Source: Tubulanus polymorphus (taxonomy: Eukaryota; Animalia; Nemertea). Taken from it: a stretch of 64,000 nucleotides of DNA. Under the pieces are notes generated by a model. It did no database searches and was not told the DNA's origin. It was given only the letters and a program-made list of their open reading frames with translations. Position numbers and translations under genes: made by a program. Positions 1-11,120 of this stretch are shown here, in pieces; within the stretch, counting starts at the first letter, position 1, and each line of letters opens with the position of its first letter. The stretch covers positions 4,674,231 to 4,738,230 of the forward strand of contig NC_134033.1 of assembly GCF_964204645.1 (NCBI RefSeq), in the 5' to 3' direction.

Positions 1-1668
1 AATCGATGTATTCCGCAATCTGAAGTTTGCGACGGTGTCGTTAATTGTAAATATAACTCGGATGACGAGTCATACTGTAAGGTCACGTGTCCTGAACGTT
101 GTAATTGCCGGGGTCATTTCATCGATTGTGAAAATGCTCTTTTATCGGATATTACTGGTCGTTTTATAGAATCAACTCGGGTTTTGATTTTATCGAATAA
201 CCGAGTCGTATTTAACGAGTCGACATTCAACTCTTTCATTTATCTTCGTTTTCTCGATATTTCGGGCAATAATTTGTCTTACATCGTTCCCTACGCGTTT
301 TCTAATCTAAACAATCTTTACAGATTAGACCTTACACACAACCGCATAACATCATTATCTGCTAATACATTCGCAGGTTTGATCGGTTTGAAAGAACTAT
401 TTCTTATCGGAAATCCGCTGCAACACTTAGAAGACGGTAGTTTCCGAGGTCTGACGTCACTTACTGTCCTCGATCTTCACGGACTTTCTATATCGGTTCT
501 CGGTGAAAATGTATTTAAAGGTTTATCCGCATTACAGTCGTTAAATATCAGCAGTAACAGAATACATTATTAACAGAATACATTATATTTCCAGTTCCGC
601 TTTTTCTGCACTGGCTAAACTAGAAACGCTAGACCATGTCAACAATTCCGAAGTGATATTCGTAAAAAGAAACGTTCTAAGCGATCTTACATCATTGAAA
701 TACCTCGCTTCGGATGCTTACAAATTTTGCTGCATGGCACCGAATGTTGACCGATGTCTTCCCGAAGCTGACGAATTTTCGACCTGCTCTGACCTGATGG
801 GTAACGCTGTACTGAGAGCCATCATCTGGATGATCGCATCTTTCAGTTTTCTCGCTAACAGTATCGTTATTTTAATTCGCGTTCAAGCTTTGCGGGTCGA
901 ATCCTCCGGAACACGTAACACATCTTCTGATATCCTCATCATAAATATTGCCGGTTGTGATTTTCTGATGTCGGTCTATTTGTTTTTGATCGCAGGAGCT
1001 GACCACGCGTTCAAGGGTATTTATTATCTGAATTCTGAAACCTGGACGAATAGCTCATTATGCCGTCTCGCCGGGGTTATTGTCACCGTTTCGTGCGAAG
1101 GTTCCTTAACTTTTCTCTTAATTCTAACGCGTTATAGATATTCAAATATCGTCAACCCGTTTTCTGGAAGTCCAATTATAACTCCAAAATACGTTATCGG
1201 TATTTGCTGCATTTGTTGGCTCGTTATTGGCACAGTTTCTATTATACCGCTGTCATCGTCGTCTTACTTCGGAGACAATTTCTACGGTACAACCGGAGTT
1301 TGTTTGCCTATGAATTTACTGACGATCGACGTCAATGGCTGGCACTATTCATTCGCTATTTTTGCCTTGCTTAATGCGGCAATATTGGCTACGATTATGA
1401 CGACGTACGTTCAGATGTATAGACTCGTAGAAGGAGTTTAGTAATCAATCTTTGTAATTTATTTTGCTGGCTACCGATAATAATCGTTCAGTTTTGCGCC
1501 GTATTTTCGGTCGAGATACCGAACCAGGTGGCCGCTTGGCTGGCCGTTCTATTTTTACCGATCAACTCGTCTCTGAATCCGCTTCTTTATACAATACTAA
1601 CTATCGATATGAAATCTATTCGTGAACGCAACAAAAGACGACTAGGATTGATGACATCCAGTAAATAA
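1..1668 (+). pseudogene. GRL101-like LDLa-LRR-7TM receptor, disrupted; 5' part lies outside the window
   Basis: Frame 1 from base 1 reads an LDLa module (CIPQSEVCDGVVNCKYNSDDESYC), an LRRNT cap (CPERCNC) and LRRs. It continues into the hinge (YKFCC...DEFSTCSDLM) and a 7TM ending LPINSSLNPLLYT, stop at 1666-1668. Two frameshifts: a 16-bp tandem duplication (taacagaatacattat, 555-570 and 571-586) and a 55-bp deletion at ~1429 relative to the paralogous piece at 33059-33113. Confidence 0.9.
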
Positions 1669-2428
1669 TCAATGTAAAGCTATATCTATGTTCAATATTT
1701 GATATCTCACGAACGAATCCGATTCAATGAAACGTTTTCTTATTCCAAAACGTTACGATTCAAATTTCCCGAATCGAATTTTTTTAATGATATTTTGAAA
1801 TAGAATTGATTTCGAGCAATGAGTATTCAAAGTAAACTTGTAAAGTTGACTTTCATCTGGTGTAGTTACTGTTTTTTCCACTCAAGAAAAATACCACCTG
1901 ATATCTCTACTTTTAATCGTTCACATAATGGGAGTTATTTGACATCGTAAATAGAAGTTTAATTGAAAATAAATTATAAATTATTCCGATTTCGAGAGTT
2001 AATTTGGTATATTTTTGGTGTAGCCCTTTAAAATTGCAGATTTAGCGGAAAATTGTCGAGAAAATATTTTTTCCCGCCCTGAACGACACTTCAAGGCCGA
2101 AATGTGCTTAACTACGCTTTTGGGCCGATATGTGCTTTCAAGGCGATTTGAGCATTAAGTGCAAACTATTCCAACAAGATGTTTCACTAAAAGATATTTC
2201 ATCTATTCCACTTTATTCTCGTACAACGATGTATATTTATATATTTAATATTGACCAATGACGTTCATTATCTACAATTTTTGCAACATCACGGTCTATT
2301 GTGACCTTATTCCTGATAATTGTTTTTCCTTTTCAGTGTGAACAATAAATTTAGAGCTTCAAAAATGATTTATGGCTTTAAGTTGTATAAAGTCAGTCCA
2401 CAATGCCAAGGGCTAATTATCTTGAATC

Positions 2429-3375
2429 ATGAATGCAACTCAAATTCTGATTGGCCGAACGTACAGCAGTAACATCGTTCTGATGTATGTGGTGAACAGG
2501 TCTGGAAGCTACCGTGCCGTAGCGCTAGCCATTCTGCCTGTCTTGTTCTCTTCGGAGCTTTCGGAAATTCGGCTACTTTCTTGATCATGATAAGTCGCAG
2601 ATTCCGCAGTTTATCTTGCGCTAACTATCTTATCGTTTTATCTCTCAGCGATTTCCTCTACTATTCAGATTACACACTTATGCCTGTTTTACAGTTTGTT
2701 CTCTTTCATATGAACACTGGTCCTATATTCATGTTGAATTCACTGATCAGTTGTAATATCTATGAGTTCATAATGGTACTAGCATCCTGCAATAGTTCGT
2801 GGTTGATAGTAGCTATTTCTCTAGAACGGACAGCAGTTGTGCTCTTCCCGTTCACATCTCGTTTCTTATGTACACCGAGATTCGCTAGGATTGTTATGTT
2901 GATAATTACTGCAGCAAATGTACTGCTTCTATTTATCACACTAACTTTAACGATTCATTTTTCCGACCAGTTTCTCGAATGTTACTATAAATTATCTGAC
3001 CAAATAATATTTTTTACCATAATCGTCGTCTATGCTAACCTTATACCGTTAATTTTGATCATTACATCGAATTCTATTATCCTAATTCAGTTATTCTCAA
3101 GTTCAAAAATACTGTCGTCTGATCAGAAAACTACAAAATCAATACGTACAACATTAATGCTTGTAACAGTTTCACTCGCATTTGCGATGTTTACACTTCC
3201 AACAACTATTGCGATATTGTTACCGATTTCATCGGGACAACAAGTTTTTCTTTTGGACATTTTTACACAATTCCATGTTTGCAACTTTGTGGTAAATTTC
3301 TACATATATCTTTTACTGGGACGAGAAATTCGCGAATATTTCTGTATGAAAATCTGCTGCAGAAATAATTCATAA
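2429..3375 (+). pseudogene. Intronless class A GPCR, paralog of 30339-31295, with a 1-bp frameshift in TM1
   Basis: ATG at 2429 gives MNATQILIGRTYSS, matching the paralog start MNSTRVQIGRTYSS. One base is missing near 2548 (cctgtcttgttctcttcgga vs PVLFLFGA). Downstream motifs are ISLER, VLFPF and NFVVNFYIYLLLGREIR. A TATA-like tataaa lies at ~2386. Confidence 0.85.
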
Positions 3376-3507
3376 TAACAACTACGTAATGATGTCAAGT
3401 TTAGTTCACGTGGTACATGCCGGAAGAATATATAATCCGAGGAGGGGGTGGCGTAGCCAGAATTCCGGAAGATTCTGGCCGAACATGTAATCCCCAGCCA
3501 TCTAAAC

Positions 3508-4042
3508 TGTAACCTTGTTACCACGAACAAACAAATACAACGAACAGCCTTATATAAATTTATACAAGTTATTTAATAACAGGTATACTTAACTCATGTA
3601 CAATTTATATGCGGTTGATATGATTCGAGGTGGCGTTCATCGCAGGAGGTTTTCTGGGATCCTTTCCGACAGCAGCGAACAGTTCGTTACTCGAGATTCT
3701 TTTCCATCCAACAGTTTACCGTTCGTCGCACGGGGTTCCTTTCAGCAGCAGTGTGCAGCAGTTCGTCGCACGTGTGCAGTATTGCAGTTCGCTGTGGTTC
3801 AACCAGTCTTTTTTCTTTAACAGCTCAGAAGGCTACTTATACACATTTGGTGCTCACACCATGAAAATGATAAGAAGACCGCGAAGAGCATTGTTCCACG
3901 ACCAAGGAAATAAACTTATATTCATTAAACTAAAAGGTTCACAGTCTGTTGATAAGCTTTTATAAAACTTAATACAACTATGAAAATTGCGTTCCGTTGA
4001 CTACACTATTATCTATATACACTAATACATTAATACGTTACA
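3508..4042 (-). repeat. 3' LTR of a Gypsy element (535 bp)
   Basis: Bounded by tgtaac...gttaca. A polypurine tract (minus strand gagcggggggtta, 4043-4055) lies immediately upstream of it on the minus strand. Confidence 0.8.
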
Positions 4043-5360
4043 TAACCCCCCGCTCTTAAACTTTGTTTCTTGAACTAAGTTAAACTATACTAAATACACT
4101 TTGGATTTAATTGTATCCTCCACATCGGCTTCAGTAATCGGCTGTAACGTCCTCGGTTCCCTTTACTACTTTTATCCTGAATTGTAACTGTTGTAATTCA
4201 AGTGCCCACTGTAATACACGATCATTATCAATTCTCGCTCTATATAAGAATCAGAGAGGTTGGTGATCCACTTCAAGAATGAATTCACACCCAATTAGGT
4301 ATCTCCGTAATCATCTGATTGCCCAAATAAGAGCTAGACCCTCTTTCTCAATCGTAGAGTATCGCGTCTCAGGAGGTTGTAATTTCCTACTCACGTAAAC
4401 TATTGGCAACTTTTCCCCTTCAAAGATTTGCATTATCGCCCCTCCCCCCCCCTAATGCCAGTACTGGAAGCATCCGTACACAGTACAACATCTTTTGAGA
4501 AATCGGGTAACATTAGAATAGGATATCTCCCCAACCTGATCTTTATACCATCAAATGCCTTGATTGCTTCATCTGACCAATTCGAAGTTAAGCGGGTGAC
4601 CTTTGACGGGCATATCGGTGAGCGGCTTTATGACAGTCGCACAGTTTTCGCTGAATGTCGATTGAAACCCTGCTGCCCCTAAGATTGAACGTATTTTCGT
4701 CTTATTTCGAGGTTTTTCTGCCGATAATACACTCTCGACTTAATCTTTTTGGCATCTAATTATACCGTTTCCGATATCACTACCTACAAAATCCATTTTG
4801 TCGTATCCGAATTTACACTTTGATGGACGCGCTTTGATATTGTGTTCTTGTTTTCGGATAGAAATTTGCTGAAGAGTTCCAAGATGTCCATCCCAATTCA
4901 GATTACCGATTATCATCCAATCATCTATGAAGTTTTCGACATCTTCAATATCCTTTAGCAATTTTTGCGTCATTCTACAAAACACAGTTTCATTGTACAA
5001 AATAATATTTTTGTTTGAGATCTTGGAATGACTGCCAAATCCACATCCATTAATCCCTTCACTTGGTGCCCAATTTGGATTTGGTTCAGCTAACCTACAA
5101 GCCCCAATTATGTTGCCGATAACTATATCGTATACTGGATTATTCATACATAACGCTAGGGTTTCACCCGTAAATTATGGACTATCTGTGTGAATTTTGG
5201 CAACTGATGCTTCTACTACACTATCATCCGGTAGTGTAGTAGAACATACACGGTTTCTTGTCTCCCGCATATTGATCCCGAGTGCTGAACAACCCGTGTC
5301 TCGTAAAGCATCGACCTCTTCTGACCCAACATATGCGGTGACTACTGGCATGTCTATTGC
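3508..5360 (-). mobile_element. Degenerate, internally deleted Ty3/Gypsy LTR retrotransposon (Gmr1-like)
   Basis: Minus-strand translation gives protease EVDALRDTGCS and NPVYDIVIGNI, RT ENFIDDW and ARPSKCKFG, and RNase H LCTDASSTG, YVSRKL, RYSTIEKEGLA and EVDHQPL. The PPT and LTR follow. Several stops and frameshifts. Confidence 0.85.
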
Positions 5361-5960
5361 TACACTTGAAAAAGTGAAAACAAAGAATTTAAAACCATTG
5401 AGGATAGCTCAAACAAATATCCATTGTGGGATTCTCTCTTCATCGCTTCAACACGGATATCATGTTTTATCAATCGTGAGCCAGTGTCAATACAGACATC
5501 TAAACCTGTAATCGACGTGTGTCCGCCATAATACGGCGGAATATACAAATCGGGAGAGCGGACGCAAACGACTTCCTGCTATGTTCATTTTGCAGACATG
5601 TCGTATACTGGGAGCGGATGTTTGCTGAGTGGATCCGAAAAGAAGATAACCGAATGCGACGAAATCGGCGTCGGAGGCGACAGCAACGACACACAAGATA
5701 TAATAACGCCGATCCAACCTCGACGATAACGACAAGCACAACCGCCACCCCACACACAAAAAAGTCCTTGTCAGGACTACTTTGATTTCCAAGAAAGAGA
5801 CAGTGTTACCACATCTCGCCTCACCTCGCTTTTTGCTTCAGTTTTTCCTCAAGTTTTTAAACAAAAATTTTTACCTCAGTGAGTTTGTAGAGCTTTAATT
5901 TAAAGACCGACCAGATTCATATACACAATAGTTTTATTTCATATTAATATAGAGAAATAA

Positions 5961-6409
5961 GGGGAGCAAACCCTATGCACGGATACAGACTCCATTATTT
6001 GTAGCGTGAAACCTGGTGAATGGGATCCGCCTAACCGGGAATTTTTGGGTCATATGAGCGATGAATTGTTAGATAAATACGGTGATGGGGCGTATATTTC
6101 AGAATATGTTTCGGCTGGACCCAAAAAGTATGCTCATTTTGTCCTAGAGATAATACATTTTCGACTGAATGTAAAGTTAAGGGGGATAAATTTGAATTTT
6201 CGAAATAAACAAATTGTTAACTTGGTAGATATCATTTTCGGTGAAAATTACGACCATCTTTATATAATAAATCCCGACAAAATTAATAGAAAAATCAAGG
6301 AATGCTAAATTTACAATGAAGACGAACGCAAAAAAAATATCGCGCCGTTTAAACTAAACGAGCTTTTGACCCCGCAGATCGGTATAACACGCTTCCGTAT
6401 GGCTATTAA
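5961..6409 (+). pseudogene. Polinton/Maverick protein-primed DNA polymerase B, C-terminal fragment
   Basis: LCTDTDSII (DTDS at 5982-5993), LGHMSDEL, YISEYVSAGPKKY and VKLRGINLN. It ends TKR...NTLPYGY*, typical of Polinton pPolB C-termini. Contains an internal stop and a frameshift. Confidence 0.85.
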
Positions 6410-6589
6410 TATAGCAGATAACGTCGTGTATATGATGATTTATTTGTACCATTTATTCTACTTATTGCGTATTGATTATGTATTTTATCTTATTTATTCA
6501 ATGTATTCTAAATAAAAACGAAAGAATAACCAAAACGTTAGTTTTTTTTATCTCTTAATCTGTGGTTTCCTTGTCACGATATCTTTTGC

Positions 6590-7000
6590 CCGTACTCGTG
6601 ATTTACGGAAAAGAAAGCGCCACCTAGGATTCAACTTCACCCCAACTCCCCTCTACACACACACGCACAGGATCTCGTAATAGTGGCGCCATCTTGGAAT
6701 TAATTGTACCGATAGATAAATTTGGATTTAACACCGCCAATAATTGAATGTGGATTTGATTTAGTTTGATTTGTATTCAACGGAAAAATTGAATATTTCC
6801 CGCCAAAAAATTGAATTTGAATTTTCCTACTAGAAGATTTTTAAATTTGAATTTCTCGCCAAAAATTTAACTTTTTTTTCCCACCATTTTAACGGTACCT
6901 TCCGGTCACCATTTTGGATGTCGTTACTTCCGGTATGACGTCACTTCTAGTCGGTTGTGCCAAGGAAATGTCATAACAAGGTACGTACTGTACTATAACT
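6590..7000. repeat. Probable Polinton terminal inverted repeat remnant
   Basis: Directly downstream of pPolB. Repeated tttgaatttcccgccaaaa-type units, ggcgccatcttgg, caccattttgg and tacttccggtatgacgtcacttc motifs, ending in tactgtactataact. No partner TIR is visible in the window. Confidence 0.5.
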
Positions 7001-7805
7001 GCCAGATATTTCGATTTAGAAATCAAACTCGACTGCATTATGTTGTTCGATATTTTCTGGAGTTAATCCATAGCCTGGACTCAAAAGCCCTAACGCAAAT
7101 TCTTTTTCGGGCCATCGTTCCAATTTACCATTCCCGGCACATGAAATAATTCGCCACAAAAGGAAACGGCTCTCCAACATTGCAGAAACATGGGGCCATT
7201 AAACGAGGCCATGAAAAGATGCATTTCGGTCAAAATACTTAATTGTGCAAGTTCACTGCTTTGACCGTTAGAAAACTGCGAAACCGTTTATCATTTGGTT
7301 TACAGTTAAAACCTATCAGTATAGAACCCTACAACCAAGAAATAAGCGGTTTCTTTAGGAGATATGGTGATATTCCCTTGTAATTATGAGATTTCGATTT
7401 TCTACAGGGGAGGATAAATTATGACCGACCCTCACTATATTCTCACATCTCGAATTTGTAAGTTTTTTCAAAGCTTTTGTGATCTGTACAGAGCGCATAC
7501 GGATAAAGGAATTTCACACATCAGTATTTTATATGAATGCGCGCTGTTTTTGAAGTACGCTGTTTTGCTGAGCATAGCGTATTGGTATAGAAAATTATAC
7601 CTCTAGGTGTGAGGATGATAACAAACTAGGAATGGGTGCCAATAGACGTCGAGCGAAGAGAATTGGTAGAGGATTATACGCTCAATGTAAACGCACGAAG
7701 GCAAAGCAACTGTAGACCATAAGATGTAGGCCTACAACATAACTCATGCGCGGCATCGTTCTGAATTTATCTTTCTTGTTGCGAAGAAAACTACGATACA
7801 CCGCG

Positions 7806-8840
7806 ATGGTAAATGAAACGGTCATATGTTGCGGAAAATCATGTGACGGTGCTGAAGGTACGTACACGTACGCTACCATAATGACAATGATTTGTGCGAT
7901 TCTTTACATCATTGGTGGAATCGCCAACAGTCTCGCCTTCGTAGTTCTCCGCTTGATGAAAATTCGAGGAAGCAGTATTCTGTATTTGGAGGTGCTTGCT
8001 ATTGCCGATATGATAAATTGTCTAACTGCGGGAATGTTTGGGCGTGGTTTGCTGATTCTTTCTGAGGATTATCCGTTCGAATATGTTCGGTATAATCGCA
8101 TTTATCAACTGTATTTTCGTCGCCTTTATCTTTACGTTGATTTCATATTCCAGATGACTATGACTACAAGTCCGTGGCTACTTTTCGCATTAAGTATTGA
8201 CCGCTATATAGCGATTAGGTTTCCTCTTTCTGCCATACAGATATGTACAACTCAAAATGCGTTACGTGTTTCGATATCCATTTGGATTCTCACTTTTATC
8301 TTCGAGATACCGACGTTATGGGACAAGGAGACTTATGCAGTGGCGCCCAACCATCCATGCGCATACGTTTATCTTAGAAATTTACTCCTTCTAAACAAAC
8401 AATATGCCATGTATTACGACTTTTTATTTGCTAAAGTTCTGCTTTTATTTGTTCCAGGTATCATCGTTTTAGCGTGTAACGCTCATATGTATTTATTGGT
8501 GCAGGATGCCGCTCGTATGCGACGGAAACTTCAACAAATCGACGATGATGATAAATCGAATTCTACCGATAGTAAACAAGGCCGACAAATAACAATGACA
8601 ATACTAGTTTTAAACATAATATTTACGGTTGAATACATGATGAGTGTTATAAACACGTTTTTGCCAGCGCTTCTGCCGGAAGACGGTAGCAAGACTTGGT
8701 ATCGGCCGTATCATTCCAAACAGTTATTACACGCTATCAATTCGATGATAAATCTATTCGTATATTTGGGTATCCGAAAAGGTTTTGGAAAAACGCTTGT
8801 CTGGTTTATGAGCTGTCATCGACTAGGAAAAGTAATGTAG
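7806..8840 (+). CDS. Intronless class A GPCR, FMRFamide/peptide-receptor-like (candidate chemoreceptor)
   Basis: Seven hydrophobic segments with GIANSL, LAIAD, SIDRYIAIRFP and AINSMINLFVY. ATG 7806 (MVNET, an N-glycosylation sequon) is preferred over 7746. Confidence 0.9.
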   Translation: MVNETVICCGKSCDGAEGTYTYATIMTMICAILYIIGGIANSLAFVVLRLMKIRGSSILYLEVLAIADMINCLTAGMFGRGLLILSEDYPFEYVRYNRIYQLYFRRLYLYVDFIFQMTMTTSPWLLFALSIDRYIAIRFPLSAIQICTTQNALRVSISIWILTFIFEIPTLWDKETYAVAPNHPCAYVYLRNLLLLNKQYAMYYDFLFAKVLLLFVPGIIVLACNAHMYLLVQDAARMRRKLQQIDDDDKSNSTDSKQGRQITMTILVLNIIFTVEYMMSVINTFLPALLPEDGSKTWYRPYHSKQLLHAINSMINLFVYLGIRKGFGKTLVWFMSCHRLGKVM

Positions 8841-9787
8841 AACAATAACGCAAATATCGAAGAGAATGAATATTTAAACTAGAGACCCAGGGGTCTTGTA
8901 AAGTCCGAGATCTTCATGTGGTTTACCCGTTGCCAACTAGAATCTTTATTCAATCAGCATTTTACGTTCATCTCGTCTTATTATTTACGCTGTAGCCACT
9001 GAAAACTATCAATTAAGTTCACGATTATTCTGTATTCAGCGCTAATGCTGAGAGACTCGGGAGTGCTCCGGACACAACTACACAGTGAACTATAGAACTT
9101 TTGGAATTCGGATAAGGCCGGAGCATTCTTTGTAGTTCAGACAGTCGCTATTCTTTACCGTAAAAAAACAGCGTAAATTAATTGGCCAGCTGAGATTTCC
9201 GCCCCGATTATACCACTCGAATTTACTGAGCACGGGAGCTTCAATCACAGTCGCAAGAAATATTGATGACAAAGTTGAAGTTTAATGATATATTCCACAA
9301 AACAAACGAGGCATTTTGATGAATAGATTTTATGTTCTTTGGAAAAAACATCATTTAAACACAGGAATATCGGCGCACCAGGTAGCGTGCATCCACTATT
9401 TTCCGCAGTGATAACATCACACGCAGTATACGCCCGAGATCCGTATTTTGAGCAACGATGAGAAGTGATCTTAAGTAATTAAAGATGGCATTAAGTGTCA
9501 TCAATATTGAACCCGTCATTTTTATGCCCCCATGTTAGGAATCGTTGGAGCCCGGCTATCTTGTATTTAGTTTGCAACACTGATGATTTTGATATTTTTA
9601 ATACTTGGTGCACGGCGAGAGTTGATTGCATTGTCAGCAAAAACGTGTTAACCGTTAACCATTATGTATCAATTACGTCTAGTAATAGACAACGCTTCCC
9701 ACGGAGCAGACTAGTGTTTTACCGCGTGCACACAGATGTGCATCAACAGACCCACGACTTTAAAAGTTCGTAACCACTATAATCTAT

Positions 9788-9922
9788 GGGATAATATATA
9801 CCCATGGGAATAATATAGAATCCAGGAACATCGGACTCGGGGAATAAATAGAACCCCTTTATCTAGGTTTCCCCTGGGGGAACATAGAACCCGTGGGAAA
9901 TATAGAACCCGGGGAACATAGG
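9788..9922. repeat. Short degenerate ~20-bp repeat array (ggggaa(t/c)atagaaccc), probable MITE remnant
   Basis: About six imperfect copies are visible. Confidence 0.5.
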
Positions 9923-10022
9923 TATGGATCGTATTATTTTCAAGTTTCGTCATCTTGCAAGTAAATCCAGTCACAATCTGTCCCTGGATTAATCCGTAAA
10001 GAATAAACAATCTCTTAATCAA

Positions 10023-11120
10023 TTATTTTGAATAACACAGATAACTGATGAGTAATACTTGTTTTGCTTTTTTCCTGAAGCTGTCGTTCGTTGCGCAATA
10101 AACGAAGAAATTTACTGATGAATCAAAAGCACTGAGCAGAATTCCAACTTTGCTCAGGACCATTAGTTCATCTCCGGATAAACTGTGGCGTATTCCTAAC
10201 TCGATTCTGAAGAAATGTAACAATCGCTCTACAGATGCCGGAATTTCGAACACAAAGTACAATAACACAATCAAGAGAACCATTTTTAATATTTTCAATT
10301 CAGCGGATGTGTTTTTACTTTTCTCACTGATCGCCGCTAAGTTAAATTGTTTCTTCTCATCTATTTTTCTAAATATCATGACTCCGAACAAAGTTAGATT
10401 TAACATTATTAGAATAATGAACGGTAAGAGTACCGTCATGAAGATGTAGGTAATGAATGTGAAGTAATACCCATAATCATACCGATAATGAAAAGGTGTT
10501 CGAGTTGTTTGGCCACCAAAGGCTCCCAATGTAAATACACCTGGAACACAAGGATCGGTCGTCCTTCCGGGTAAACGTAGTGGAAAATAATGCGGCCAAT
10601 GACAAACTGCTGAGAAAAACGCGTTGAAAAATGATAAGAATATTATTTGTTTTTTGTTCCAGAATCTTCTAAAATACAGCGGACTCGCGACGACCAAAAG
10701 TCTCTCAAAACTTACTATCACAACCGCCCAGTTTCTAGCAGTTTGAAATGTAAAGAACAGCGGCATCGCCCATGTAATGATTTCGTGTCCAAAATACCAA
10801 TCATCATAGTGCATAAGCAGGTTAGTTTTAGTGGTTCTGCTGAAATCGATGATAATAAGACGAAATGGGTAAAGTACGAATACTGACAACAGAAATAGTA
10901 TTTCAAACCAGGCAAGAATTATAATAGTTTGATAAGTGGTACGACCGATCTTTCTGAATACTACAATAGAAACAGAGTTCAGTATCACTCCCAGAACTGA
11001 AACCGACGAATATCCGAAACGGTACAGATTGACACTGAACACATGGTTCCATCGTGTAGGTGGATGTACACAGTGAGGAGACTCAGCCGTCGTCGATGTG
11101 AATTGTGATGTAAAATTCAT
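10023..11120 (-). CDS. Intronless class A GPCR, FMRFamide-receptor-like
   Basis: Intact 365-aa ORF with MNFT start, GVILN, QTARNW...SFERL, FEIPA and DSSVNFFVYCATNDSFR. Confidence 0.9.
   Translation of the reverse strand: MNFTSQFTSTTAESPHCVHPPTRWNHVFSVNLYRFGYSSVSVLGVILNSVSIVVFRKIGRTTYQTIIILAWFEILFLLSVFVLYPFRLIIIDFSRTTKTNLLMHYDDWYFGHEIITWAMPLFFTFQTARNWAVVIVSFERLLVVASPLYFRRFWNKKQIIFLSFFNAFFSAVCHWPHYFPLRLPGRTTDPCVPGVFTLGAFGGQTTRTPFHYRYDYGYYFTFITYIFMTVLLPFIILIMLNLTLFGVMIFRKIDEKKQFNLAAISEKSKNTSAELKILKMVLLIVLLYFVFEIPASVERLLHFFRIELGIRHSLSGDELMVLSKVGILLSAFDSSVNFFVYCATNDSFRKKAKQVLLISYLCYSK

Noticed and set aside
10150-10915. Short ORFs overlapping GPCR genes (also within the LINE and other CDS)
   Set aside because: They are antisense or alternate-frame shadows of real coding regions with no independent support.
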